NCBI RefSeq assembly: GCF_009834535.1 | Contig: NC_045696.1 | Span: forward strand, 79,300,001-79,364,000 | Reading direction: 5' to 3' | DNA from: Camelus ferus | Taxonomy: Eukaryota | Length of the DNA: 64,000 nucleotides | Shown: positions 24,501-37,989 of the stretch, piece by piece | Position numbering within the stretch: position 1 is the stretch's first letter | How the letters are laid out: every line of letters starts with the position of its first letter | The notes under the pieces: model-generated | Told to the model about the DNA's origin: nothing | The model's input: only the letters and a program-made list of their open reading frames with translations | The model's database searches: none | Program-made: the position numbers and the translations under genes

Positions 24501-26799
24501 TTGTAGTTTATTCCCAGATTCTCTTAAATTTTCACCCTTCCATGACTTCGTTTCTGTAGTTCTCTTTTAAGGATATGCTCTTCCTTTCTGTACACAACAA
24601 ACTTGTTGATTTGCTTATCTAGACTGTCGATGCCTTGGCAGAGGAGTCTGTCTTATCAGCGCCCAACTCTTAGCACAGCAGGCTCTCGCTCACAGAAGTA
24701 ACTTAGTTAAGGTCTGTGTGAATGAATCGGATAAATGGATGTAACCTGTCTGAATTTAAGGAGATATGATAGTTAGGCTGACATGCTTCTACTTTTACGA
24801 AAACATATAGTAAATAAGATGGACTGAATGGACTACTTTGTTGAGGACTAGAAAATTGATAAGTGTTAGATTAAATCCACAAGTTACGACCATCATGTCT
24901 TTGTTATGCATATTCGATAACTGATAAACATATGCTTTCATGATCCTCCTTGGCAAGCAACAAGTGGAAATGCAGAATATTTAAGCCATTTGAAATTGGA
25001 TCACGTCAGTTTTTTTTTTTTCCAAAAAAACAAATGGCATGTCTTTGCACAAAAAATTATTATTATAACTAGTATAGTCCTATTATAAGTGTTCCCCTTC
25101 TCTGGTCAAAGTAAAATCAAATTTTGAAATTCAAAGCTGTACTTTGATAGCTTGTAACTGGAATTCAGTTTCAAGGAACCCATTTGTCATATGGTTGAAG
25201 ACCTGGCCTTCCAATTGTGTTCTGAAATACACTCTTCTGGAACTATTATTCTTAATGTGATTTCTGCCCCAGCCATCATAGTTAATGTACTTTCGTCTAA
25301 AGCACTGTTCTTTCTTCAGGCAGCTGAGTTGTGCTCAAATGTTCTAATGATCCCCGGGTCAAATACATTACAAAGAACTTCTTTGCCTTTGAATTTTCTT
25401 CCACCTATCATAACTCTGTTGGAGTTTAGAACTCAATGTAAGCTGCAGGAAGACCAGTATTTGCATAAAGGGATTATGCACCATCTAAAGAATTAACTAC
25501 AGGGAAGTTGATTTATCTGCCTTTCTATCAAAAGAAACCTCTACTAACTGCTATTTCTGCAGTGTACAACAATAATTAGTGTGCATAATGATCCCTTTGA
25601 GGCCTAGAGTGCATTCTGAATTCTCAATAGATGTAAAATGATTTTGGTACATATCCACTACTACTTGTACTGTACTGCATTCTAGTTCTTAGAAAATTGG
25701 CCAATCTCATTCAGCCTGTAAGCTAATGTTTTGTTAAGTTTTGTTAAGTACAAAATATAATACCCTGACTGTGCCAAGCAAATGAGTTTTCTATCTTAGT
25801 TCAGCAACCTACAATTTGCAGAGGTGATGCAAACCAGTGACACACAGTTACCAGAAACTTCATTACCTGAATTTAAAACAAATACAGGAAACATAAGGTT
25901 ATGGTCTAAAGCGTGAGAAAAGTGTTGCTGTGGTAATAAAATTTCATTAGATATGGAGCAAAATAAAGTCACAAAGCCTGGACAACATGAGATAGGCTTC
26001 AGAAGAAAGTTCAAAATAATGAGCAGGGTTACAAGGCGTGGAAAGAGAATAGTTATGTTTCTGTGAAGAAGGGTGGGGGATAAGGAAGATTGCTTTGGTA
26101 CAGGGTAAATCTGGGCAGGCCAGTGTCCACATTCTGGAAGAAGCCTCTGAAGGGATGACAGAATCAGCTCAGTCTAGGTCTTCATAGTTCCAGCTGGACA
26201 ACGTTCCAACCAGCGTGGAGGAAAAGCACGGGCAGAAGACTGGAGACAAATTTCACTAAATTTACTTAGTTTAGGCACCGTTTTCTTCAGCTGAACATGA
26301 ATAAATGAAAGGTATACAAAATTAGCTGGGAACATTTCCCCTGTCCAGATAACTTGACGCAGTTTATGAAGGTTTTACTGCAATATAGTTACCCTGTTAC
26401 AAAAGTTGCTATTCTCAGAAAACCAGATAATGGACACTGCATTCTGTTTTTAGTTACTATGTACTGGCTATCACTGCACAGTGACAGCAATGTTCAGTGG
26501 GTTATAATGACCTTTTGTTGTAAGAGAAATGTTTTGAATTTACATGTTACTATCACAATTGATTTTCAGACTAGAAATAATGGTTAAGGAAATGGTGTCC
26601 TATATGTGGAATGAGGATCACTGGTGTTCTTTCAAACTAGAAAGTTTAGGTTTTATTTTGGAGAGAAGATTCTTCTAGTCCATTAAATCATTAGTTATGA
26701 TTTGATTTATTGACATTTAAATTATTTGTCTACATTAATTAAATTTGTCATTAACACACCAAATTCTCAAGTTGTGTAACCCAATAGAAAATGCATAAC

Positions 26800-26930
26800 A
26801 TTACAATTAGAAGGGGCCCTTAGGGACCATTCAGCTAGGACGATCTCCTCACTTTACAGATGAGGACACAGAAGGCCAGAAAGACAGACTGATCCACTCA
26901 GGGCCAAACATGGCCCCTAACACCTGTTAA
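26800..26930 (-). mobile_element. MIR3/MIR fragment
   Basis: 'ctcactttacagatgaggacacagaaggccaga'. Confidence 0.55.
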
Positions 26931-28035
26931 ATAGCCTTTTGACTAAACTATGTGATCATACAGAAAAATGACTTTGTAAATCTAGCAGGCCGTAAATCAG
27001 CTTCTTATTTTGCACTGTGACGTTACATGACTTTATGCCAAGTTTGCTTTCTAAAGTACAGCAAAAAGATGCTTAGGTTATAAAAAAAGTGAGAGGAACA
27101 TGTTTTGAAGACAAGCTGCATACTTAATTCAAATACAGGGTCCTTATATTTTCACCTTCAATTTTTTGTCTTTGATTAACTAGAACAAATTAGGCATAAA
27201 ATAAACTATAGTCTGCCTAAGGCTTTTCTTTCTCTGCCATCGCATTTTTGGTTTCCTAGAGAAAGGAATCAAACAGAAAGAATGTAGATGAATAAAAGAA
27301 AGGGGGAAAAGTAAAGAAAGCATGCCCAAGAGTATGACCGGGAAAAGATGATCTCAGATCCAATTAGGTGTCAAAATAGGGGCTGCAGCCAGAGTGATTT
27401 AATCCTTGTACCAGAACCTCTGAGTGCAACTGAGTGATACCCAGGCATTCTATCCATCCATATATGATGGCATCAGGCACACAGAAGATGCCACATATAT
27501 GCAAGCAAAACAAAAGCATGCATTTGAACTCAGTTTCACAACAGCTCAATCATGCTATATGCATATCATGACTTCACATATTTGCAATCACAGGGCCACA
27601 AACAACCTGGATTCTCTACACTTAGAGGCAGCACAAAGGAGTAGCCATCTTATTCTCTCAACTAGCCTCTTAGCTGCAATCAAAACTTCTCCAAATAAAT
27701 AAGCAGAGTTAAAAGGTAGGCTTGATCTACAAGTGCAGCTTTCAGAGGTTACTTGGACACAATCTCCCACTCTTCCAACTGTATTGCTACCAAAATCTTC
27801 TCCTTTTAGGAATTTCAAAGTTTATTCTGATCCTTTCTTTATGAGAATTGTATAGGTAGGCTGGATCGTACTCATAAACAGTAATATTTAGGAGAGAGAA
27901 TCTATGCCTTAGACTAATTTGTAATAGACTTTAATTTGGAGTCCATGTGAGAATTCAGGCCCAATAAACCATTGAGCAATGCATTTATCATAATGAGATG
28001 CAAACTGTTTTAAATAATAGAATTACTGCATATGC

Positions 28036-28230
28036 GTAGTAAATAATTGGGCCTCACCTACAAAAAGGGCTGGTTGTCCAGGCTCCTTTTTAAACCCTTG
28101 GAATTTCTTGAGTGGGAAGAGTGTCTTTGCATCTGTGGTGCCCCTCTTCCCACACCTGACCATTTTTCTAGGTGACCCATGGTGGCCCCATGGACCACGC
28201 CTGATAGTTTATGCTAACAAGGTAATTAAG
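28036..28230 (+). mobile_element. ERVL-group LTR 5' fragment (MER21C/MER77-like)
   Basis: 'gtagtaaataattgggcctc...aaacccttggaatttc..gagtgtctttg...ggaccacgcctgatagtttatgctaaca'. Confidence 0.6.
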
Positions 28231-28609
28231 GATTTAGACTCTATCTTGTTCCACAAACTATTTTTAGATAGTATGGTTAAACTGCCACATTTCTCTTCAC
28301 CTATGTGGAAGGAGTATATGTTTCAGCTAATTCTCCACCCCTAAACACCCACATATAATAATCTGGAAACAGGTAACCCACATATACCCAAGTAAAATTT
28401 GTTTTAGGTAGAATGGTTTCAACTTATTAAAATTGAAAAATGAGCATTAAATGCTAATAAAATTATTTCAAATTAAATATTGGAGGCAAAAAAAAATTTA
28501 TCAGTTGGATAGAAAATCATTAGAGTATCCTTTCACCAGTAACTTTTAAAGTATTTCCAAAAGACTGACAGATACTGATGCCAATAATGTGAATTCCTAG
28601 TAAGGACTA

Positions 28610-28631
28610 TATGTATGTGTGTGTGTGTGTG

Positions 28632-28666
<35 letters not shown>
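28610..28666. repeat. (TG)n(TA)n microsatellite
   Basis: Direct reading. Confidence 0.95.
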
Positions 28667-28669
<3 letters not shown>

Positions 28670-28672
<3 letters not shown>

Positions 28673-28767
28673 TTGTATACACAAACTGAATATATTATAT
28701 ATATTTAATATACATAATATATATTTATATTTGTGTATTATATATATTCAGTTTGTGTATACAATTT
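28670..28767. repeat. Perfect 26-bp inverted repeat with 46-nt AT-rich spacer
   Basis: aaattgtatacacaaactgaatatat (28670-28695) is the exact reverse complement of atatattcagtttgtgtatacaattt (28742-28767). Confidence 0.92.
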
Positions 28768-28779
28768 AATTTAATGTAT

Positions 28780-28842
28780 TTCTTCATATATATTTATTTT
28801 CATGTAATTTAATTTGGTATAATTTGTCATATATATGAAGAA
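28780..28842. repeat. Perfect 14-bp inverted repeat
   Basis: ttcttcatatatat (28780-28793) vs atatatatgaagaa (28829-28842). Confidence 0.85.
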
Positions 28843-30379
28843 CTAACAAGTTAATTTCAAACTATTATCTAAAGACTTTATTACTGGTACAGTATTTTCA
28901 ACAAGACAGATACGGGTGTTAACAAGGAGCAATCTTAACAACAGCAGAACCTGAATGCACAATGTGTCTTAAGAATTTATACACTAAGTTTCTGAAACTA
29001 TTCACTATCTAGCTATGTATTTAATGGACATGATTTAAATTTATTATACCCAGAGAGTAAGACTGGCCATCTGAAAATCTAGATTTGATTCCCTACTTTA
29101 ATGTTTATTAACTTTTGTTACCTCAATCAAGACAAAATTCTGGTAATATTTTTACAACCTTCAGAGAATCATTGTGAAGAGTCAATGAGAAAACATACAA
29201 AAATACTGGATAAATTTTCAAAGGTAATTCAAATATGGGCAATATCATTATTAGTAAATAATAGCAGCTTATCTAGCCATGATAGACTCATACAGAAAAA
29301 GCCTTTGACACCTGCCCTGAGAAGAATTTGGAGCCACCATCAGAATCACTTCTCAGACCTTATGTCAATATTCCAATGCTGTGTTATAGCTGTTTTAAAT
29401 ATGCTTTTCAGAGTTAAGATATAATGGCCACATTTATAGACAGGTAGGTGTCTACACAGCTGAAAGCTTTAGATGAAAAGTAAAGAGCATAAGTCTATGC
29501 TTAAGTAGTTTTCAGCAGTTAAAGGGAGATCTTATAGGAAAATGGCTTTAAAAATTGTATCTGGATGTTGTGATAATATGTAGATACAGCTAGTCACCAT
29601 GAGGCTAATTTCTCACATCCATCCTTTTCTTTTTCTCTCTCCCCCATTTAGATATGGGAAGGCAAACAGTCAATGTTTATACAGAGATGAAAAATCCAAC
29701 CAGCTTCTTTTCACACACACTGGAGGGTAATTCAGAGGGAGACCCACCCCAACATTACATTTTCTTCCCAGAAGCTGTCACCAGGAGTCAAAGATTGTTT
29801 TGCACATACTAGGTAGACACCAATTTCTCCATTATAACTTCCACTTTCCCTTTGTGACCAGACATAATGCTCTTCCTGTGAAAACAGGGAAGTCAGCTAC
29901 AAGAGTAAGTCTAAGGGATAAACTGTTTTCTCTCTTCAGTGCTTAAAATTTTCTATGACTTGCACCCTTCTAGATGGAATGTTTCTTGACTCTTACAACA
30001 AAAGTAAAATACTGTTATTTCCAGATTGGTAAGCATATCAACAAATAATATGCTTTTAAGCTCTTAAATATATGTTTTCAAGAGAAAGAAGATTTTGCTT
30101 TATAACCTCCACCATCAAATCCCAATGTTTGCATACATCCTCGGAATATTCCCTAAATGAACAAGACTGTGAATTCCTTTGGAACAAAAAGTGCGCTATT
30201 TGGTTTTGGATACCTGGTCTTATTCAGCATGTAACAAGTAAATGTGTGTCAGTGAATGAATGCGTATATGAAGAAATCCTCCTAAAGGATTTGGAAGGGA
30301 GTATTAGATTTGAGATTAGAATGGGATTCTTTCTTGCCGATTAAGCAGAGCAGTGGTAAGTCATTCTAAAAGAGATTCA

Positions 30380-30910
30380 TTCATATATTCAGACACTTAT
30401 CAAATAATTCTGAGCACCTTCTATGTACCAGGCTCCATGTGCTAAAGGTGCTATACTGAACAAAAAGACATGATCTGTGTTTCACGGAGATTACTTATTT
30501 CCTGGTGATAAAGACAGGTCTTAAGTAAATAACTGCATAAATAACTATGTTATGATATGTGACTATAGAGGACCCATAAAATGTTCTATCAGAGCATATG
30601 ACAAATGAGATTTAATATAGAGTAGATAGATATTCAGGAACAGTTTTCCTGAAGGGCATTTAGATTTAGATCTAGACTTGAAAATTAGTCAGCAATCGCC
30701 AGTGTAGAGACAACAACATGCAGAAGTCCTGATCGGAGCTAGAGCGAGAGGTGAGGGTTTTGTGGCTGGAATCCGGTGAGCGGCAGGGAGGTATCAGAGG
30801 AGTCAGAATTGCTAGAAAGGGCATGGCCGGCCACAGAGGGCTGGGTAGGCTCTAGGTTAAAGGTTTTATACTTTATCTTGAGAATAACAAGAAAACTGAA
30901 GGATGTTACA
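30380..30910 (-). mobile_element. L2 fragment
   Basis: 'ttctgagcaccttctatgtaccaggctcc...tgaacaaaaagacatgatc' and 'tttatactttatcttgagaataacaagaaaactgaagg'. Confidence 0.65.
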
Positions 30911-32474
30911 AGGGTCCCCTCAAACTGAGATCAACTTTTGATGGATGAGTGTAAACCTTCCATTCCTTCTGCTGGCTGGGAATCAGGAAAACAAGACATC
31001 AGTCTTCAGGGAGCAAACCTTATCACTATCTTCATAATCCACTGACCGGTCCAATGCCTCCCTTAGAGACGGCATTCAGTGAATACCAAGTGCGTTTCAC
31101 TGAAGTCTGGTGCCCTGTGTGCAAATCAAGTTACACATGCTTGGATAAGAAACCACAATATTCTGAGTCTCAATTTTTCCCTAACTATGAAGTGAATGTG
31201 TCTGATTGATAGCTACCCTGAAATCTCTTTTAAACTAACAGTCCATGATTCAAATAAGCCTTTGTCATAAGTAAATAAATAAACAGAAATCTGGCCCCTT
31301 TTTTTCTGAAGCAGCTGTTTCTTGGCACTAGTAATTGAGCCATCCAATGGCCATGTCACATTGCATCCGAACATTTAACCTGATGCTGGGAGATTCCCAA
31401 AAATGCCTGTCCTATGATCTAGGGCAGGCCACATAATCTCATCTATAAAACAAGAGGTGAGGGCTCGATGATTTTTAAAATTCTATTGTAGTCCCCAAAT
31501 AACACATATTATTTTCCTCCCTATACTTATCACTGATACAACTCATTCAGTTCTAGGTTTGCGTGAACTCAAATCTGTTTAAAATAAACAAATACATAAA
31601 TAAATAACCAAATCTTTCCTGTGTGGGGGAGAAAAGAACTTCAGATGTACTTAAGTAAAAAAAATTAATATTAATTTATTTAATTAAATTAAACAATTAC
31701 TAAATGTTAATCCAATTAAGCATAAACTAGGTAGACTCTCCAAGGATTTACTACTTAAAAAAATTATGTTTGGCAACATATTTGGAGGAGTACACGGAGA
31801 TTAAAAAAACGGGCAAAGAAAGCAATCATCTGCTCCCCATTTCCCTTTTTTCTTCATTTAAACTCTAATAAGAACATTAGTCAGAAGCAAGGTATTTCTG
31901 AACACAGAAAATATGGTAAGAGATGAATTATCAATTCACTAATTCACTTCACAGTAGATGAAGAAAACAAGGGTCATGGTGCATGTCTGCCAGAGTCTGC
32001 CTGTCCCACACTCAGGGCTCATCGTCCAAGGTCCAGAATGAGCCATTAGGGATGCACAGCACCGTCCCAACTGGACCTCCCAGTTTCAGTTTAGTGCTAG
32101 GAAAGACAGGTGGCCTGTTAACAATGCTAGGAACATCTGGAGTTGGTGATGCGAACAAGGAGTGATTGATGTGACACTGCTGAAGAATAGAGAGGTTTTT
32201 AATTGTTGGAAGGTATGTGCAGTAGTGAATAGAGATCTATCAGCCTCATCCTGACAGAGCAAGAAAGAAGCCAAAAGATTAGTAACAGCCTCTTCAGTAC
32301 TGCCACTGATCAGCATTCTCCAAAGTGACCAAAGGCAGGGACATGCACAAAGAAAGGTAGAAGGAAAGACAAGGATATGGTTCACAGAAAAATTGAATGA
32401 ATTACAAAATTTAGGGTGGAGTTTATTTCTCTGGAAACAAGAGAGGCTCGTGCTGTATCATGGTGATGGAAGGG

Positions 32475-32540
32475 ATGATGATGATGATAATGTTGATGAC
32501 GACAGTGGTGATGACGATGACGATGATGATAACGATCATG
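32475..32540. repeat. Degenerate (GAT/GAC)n trinucleotide repeat
   Basis: Direct reading. Confidence 0.85.
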
Positions 32541-32544
32541 GCTT

Positions 32545-32860
32545 TTCACTCCCTACTAGTTAACTACTACTTATCTTTCAGATCTTAGCTCAACTGTCAC
32601 CGTCTTACAAATGTCTTCCCAGACCTTTACGACAGACTCATAAGTCTTCTGAAATATGCGCTCACCTGTCCCTCCTTTCTGCCGCACCTGCTCCAGTGAG
32701 AGTGTGCCTCTGTTGGTGTGATTGTCTCTTTGTGGCAGTTCTCTCCACTCAGTGGTACCCCTCCTGTGAGCAGACAGTACATCTGCTTTTGCTCATCACT
32801 GTCTCCTTAGACCAAATCATAGCATCTGAGGGCTCAAAAAATGTCTGTTTAAAATAAGAG
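32545..32860 (+). mobile_element. L2 3' fragment
   Basis: 'ctacttatctttcagatcttagctcaactgtcacc...ctgcttttgctcatcactgtctcc...gctcaaaaaatgtctgtt'. Confidence 0.6.
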
Positions 32861-32894
32861 GAAGGAAAGGAAGGAATGGGAAAACCTCACTTTT

Positions 32895-33100
32895 GTACAC
32901 CTATTGTGTAGCATCTATTATCCTGATGTGGTATATGTTTCTCATGACAACCCTTCAAGGTGAGTCCTATTATCTGCATTTCACTGAATCTCAGAGAATG
33001 AAGTCAATGGTCTTAGGTTCTATAACTAACATAGATGGAGCACAGACATAAACCTTGAGGAGTGTGCCCCCAAATCTATGCATTTTTCCAACACTCCTTA
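32895..33100 (-). mobile_element. MIR fragment
   Basis: 'ctcatgacaacccttcaagg..tattatctgcatttc..ctcagagaatgaagtcaa'. Confidence 0.5.
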
Positions 33101-34519
33101 CTACCTCTTTATGGTACAGAAATTTCTCTGAATTCCTAACTGGCTTATTTTACATTTAAAGAAAAAAAAAGGTGATGTTCCAGGATCCAGAAATTTGACA
33201 TAGTTGACAACTGTCTCCTTATGACAGGTTTTACTATATATTAAACTTATGACAAATGAAATCTGAGCATCTAACTCTGAACATCAGATTCTACAGGTAG
33301 TCGAAGAAACTGCACAGGCTGGAGTTAACCCTGAAGGGGAACAGAAAGCTCACCCAGAGACTCAGAGTCCGTTCTTGAACAATTTCTACTCCCTCCCCAT
33401 CAAACTGCCCCATGAGAGGCCAGCAGCTTGCTGCTTCCCTTCTTTCATCCCTGTAGCCCTGCCCGCCCCATCAAGGATAAAACATTTTTTCCCATAAGAT
33501 ACAGAAAAAAGAATGTTGGCAATCCTATTCCAAAGCTGAAAAAAGTGAAGAAGAAATTGTAAAGAAAAAAACTCCGGTATTTCTTCACAATTTCTATGTG
33601 AAGGAGGCAAAGATGTGGATACTTGCTATGATATATTTCACAGTACAAAACACTGACATGAAGTAATATGAATAACAAGTAGCAGCTGTTCAAAGAAGGA
33701 AATATAACATGGTAGAGTAAATGGTGTATTTGTCCCTCGAGCTCATGAGTGCTTAGTCACTACGAAATCATCCTCACAGAGAACATAATTCAGACTACAC
33801 TCCAGGACAAGCTACTCAAGATTCTGCACATGTCACCACTCCTTGTTAGATATTTGTGTGATTTTAAATATTAAAGCTGCTATCAAATATTGATGACAAA
33901 AATAAATTAAACGTAGACTGCAGAACTCAACTGTTGCCATATATTGCTGAAGTGTGAGTTTATTATGAGTCTTTAAGGGTCAACAGCAGAAAAATCTCCA
34001 TCTAGAGAAATGTCCCAATAATAATACAAGTTTTGGTCAACACAGCATATTGAGGGCACCAAAGTACACCCTGTCTTGTTCTTCTGTAGAAAAGTTGGTG
34101 CTATTAAGGCATAGATCTAGCCAGGCAATCTCTACATTGAAGTTTTGGGGAAAATATATTTAAATTCAAATATGTGCAAATAATTTTATAGGTATAACAC
34201 AAACAATCCACCCTCAAATATAAGCAAATAATTTATCCAAAATAGCATCAAATGTTATTTTCTGCTTTTCTTACATTAGGGATGACCTTTAGGAACAGGT
34301 TCCTAAAAGTTCAACTAAAATAAGGAAACCAGAAGCCACTTTCATAAGAAAAAAATCACAACTTGCCCTCTTGCAAAGAATCTAGCAAAAATCAAAAGTG
34401 AAAGAGAAACGTGGGCTTGAACCCAGGTAGAAGTTGTTGCATCAATATGTCATTCAAAAAATGAAATCTTGATTTTCTTATATGGTCAATAATGTTTTAT
34501 TGAAAGAAAATATAAGGGT

Positions 34520-34745
34520 TTAGAGCTATATCCATAATATACCTAGTTATGAGTCCTTAAGGAAATCTCAATCTTTCTGACACTCAGTTTCCTGGTCTGT
34601 AAAATGGTAATACAGCAGCTACCTTTTAAAAAGATTATTGTATATAAAATGACATATTGATGCAACAAAAAAACACTGCTTATAAAATGTATGTATCATG
34701 TTGTAGTACATGTAGGGCATGTAGTAGGAGCTTGAAAATATTTCA
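34520..34745 (+). mobile_element. MIR SINE
   Basis: 'ctcagtttcctggtctgtaaaatggtaata'. Confidence 0.6.
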
Positions 34746-37700
34746 TTAATGAAAACAAAGTATTTTAGAAAAGGCATTAATGATGTTTAATGAATTAGGA
34801 CAAATAGAAAAATTCTATGTTTACTATCTAGTTCAGTGACAACGGTCATAGTATTAAGAGAATATCTCAGTTCTTCTAACTCCTCCCTCTTCTTCTCCTT
34901 CCTCTGCCTTGCTGATGACTGCTTGAGTCTTTAGTGTCACTAAAAGTGTCAGCATACTTTAAAGGGGAAATAGTGATCACTGCCACCCCTAAGAAGAGGT
35001 AATATAGTTGTTCTTGGAGAGTAGGAAGTGGAACAGGGTTCTGGAAAGGAAGAGAGATAGGCGAAACAAATCATATTATAGAAAGGGTGGAGAGCATCAC
35101 AGGATAAATTCAGGCATCTCTGTGACTCAGTTGGTGTAAGAACTGAAGTGAGATCAGAGGGCCTAGAAGGAATGAGAATGGTGCTTCTGTGAAGGGAGCA
35201 TGATATTGAAGAACGTGGTGTATGGATATGGATACACGTTCAACTTTCTCAGGGACAGAAGCTCTCTTACTTTTCTCAGCCTTAGTGTCTTGGAACATGA
35301 CTATGTTTCCATGAGTTGGAAAGCTGTTATTAAACATCATAGTAAATAGAATAAACACCAATGAACTCATTTATGCCATTTCAAAGATTATCAACCCCTT
35401 GGAACATCAGTGTGCCCCTTTTATTCGGCACATAATGGACATGGAAGAAATACTAGGGGAAGGCTAACAATATCATTTGCTCTGTGAAGGCACTGGCTAG
35501 AATGTATCTGTATATTAACTCAAGAAACAGTTACTGATTTCCTGCTATATGCTAGGTATTGTGCCAGGCACAGGAATACAGTTGGTGCCACTTAATGAAA
35601 AGCAAGCATCAAGTAAGAACTATTACTGTATTGACTCTTGTCATATTTAAGATGCAATACTTATGTACTAGTAAGTACCTAAATTAGACTCTATTTGCTT
35701 ATAAAGCATTGACTAAGTCAAAATTTCCATGTATTTAGTCATTCTCATAGCTAATTCCACATCTATACGCTATGAGTTTTTCTAAAGCTACTAGAAGGTT
35801 TTTGGAACTAATAATACATGGTGTGTTTTCTAAGGTCAAAACTGTTTTTCTGTAGGCCTTGAAAGTGTCACAGAAGATAATCTGACTTCTTCCTGACTCC
35901 ATATCTCATTTGCTCTCATTTGGTTCTTCTTAGTCAGTGCTGGTCCTTAGCTCTTACCTCTTCCACCTTATGTACAGCAGTTCTAGTTTTTAAGAACAAT
36001 TTATTCATTCAGTTTCTCCTTCAATTCCAAAATCTGTTATTATCCAAGAATTAAACACATGTGTGCTCCTCACCTATGAACTGTGGTATGAAAAAAAAGG
36101 GCATGTTTTCACTTTGGACGCTGCTGCCTGTCACCATGATTTTTGTTTTCTGTATTCTTAATTTCCTAAACTTCATTGTATTTTTTATTTTACTTCTATC
36201 CATGAGATTTTTCTTTCTTTTTCCTTTTTTTTTTTTTTTTTTTTTTGGCATATAACACATTTCTTCTCTTTCCTGTCAGCATTTCTTGGGAAAAGGGAGC
36301 TGGGTGAGGGGTTACAGAGAAGCTGTGGCCAGGATATTGGTTTCATATTGGTTTTATATCTGACTTTTCCTAATGAGCCATATTCATTCTGTACCATATG
36401 CCAAAAGATGGTCCATTCTTTAACTGTTAAATTTCCCTAAGAAGGTCATGAAAGGGGGAATCCACTTTTTTAAAGAACAGAAGTTTTCAATGACCCCTAC
36501 TGTAGGATTAAACTAGAATAGCCCCAAATCACTGAAGTCATTCCAACTACTTAGTCCAGTTGATGCCCAGTAATTTTAATTGTTTGGCTTCTACGGCGGT
36601 CCCTAGGGGTAGTACTGAGTGTTAATTCACCTGCCTTCCTGATGTATATGTTTATCCCAGTGAGTCTGACCCATCTGGAGAAATGAACTCTTTTTGAACC
36701 GCAATACTCTTTTCTCAGACTACACAACCAAAAATAAATGAGGTTTTGTTTTTTTTTTAGTAAACAAACTAAATTAGGGAAAGTGAGGAAAGCAACTAAG
36801 ATGATTTCATCCTTAATATATTTTAAACTGTCTGTTAGGAAACAAATCACTGTTGTATATAATCTGTTCATTTTTCTCGTGATCATCAATCCAGAATGAA
36901 AGAAATCCCATCCAGAATCTAGGAATTTTTATCAGCATTATTAAGATAAACGATGCTCAAGTGTGTTCACTATCTTTCTTTTGTTAACAGATACTTTATT
37001 CACTGACGCTGCTTGATTGGAAGTCCAGAGGTCTAGGTAGAGTCAGCCTTTTTCATAAGGTATAAAAATATTTGGACCAGACATTCATATTTTATCATTT
37101 TCCAAGTAGAATCATTTTTTTTCTCTGCCCTTGCCGTGATGTGACATTTAATTATGGATTCCCCAGAAACCTTTCCCTGAGGTCTTTTACATCAGAAGTA
37201 CCTTTTCCGGAGGACCCCAGTGGTGTTTTTCATCATGATAGCAGCTCCCTATGGCTTAGCTTGCTATTAAATTGTGAATTAATATAAGCAAACCCCTTAC
37301 ATTGACAAGATAAACAACGTTTCTCTTTGTTTTCCAGCAGATCTACCGGGCTAGTTGTTGAGCCTGGACTTTTAGTAGGTAGTCTTTTGTGTAGGTTAAA
37401 ATCTTTACAGATACATGTGTTTTTCATCCAACCAAATTTTGCAACCTCTATTATAGAATACCCTCCATCAAAAGATAGCAATGGTTCTCAACTGCCTACC
37501 AAGCAAAGGCGAAAACCCCTAAAAAATGAGATTCCTCGACAGATATTTCTTAATGTTTGTGAGAGGATGATTAGATAAAGATATGATAAATAAATAGATA
37601 AGCTAGGTAGATGACATATAGGTACAGAGCTACATTTTTCCCTTGCCTCTCAATGGAGGCAGGAACATCTTCTTTCTGGGACACCTAGTTTCAGATTCAA

Positions 37701-37989
37701 AATGTTTTTCCTGGCTAGAGACTGATGGTTAAGATTGGCATTATTTTACTATTTTGTGTGTTTCTTTAGTCATGTCACTAATGTACAAATACATTAAAAA
37801 TACCAAATACTTTCATCTGTATCTCTCATTTTTGCTGCTGATGCCAAATACGTTGAACAAAAATGAGGCAAAGGTGGGTGCACAGTCTGTATCTGTCTTT
37901 CAGCCTGTTTCCACGAATGCTTCGCATTGTAAAAGTGAGGATGCTTCTAAACTAAGCACTAGCAAATTAGACCCAGGAACAGATGAAAG

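Noticed and set aside
25191..25496. 101-aa ORF or processed pseudogene
   Set aside because: No recognisable homology in the frames I read, no poly(A) tail or TSD.
32475..32540. Poly-Asp coding stretch
   Set aside because: Simple trinucleotide repeat with no splice or ORF context.
36620..36690. 44-nt minus-strand mini-exon (ttctccag|ATGGGTC...GGCAG|gtgaat)
   Set aside because: Short pyrimidine tract, moderate donor, no recognisable peptide; within chance expectation.
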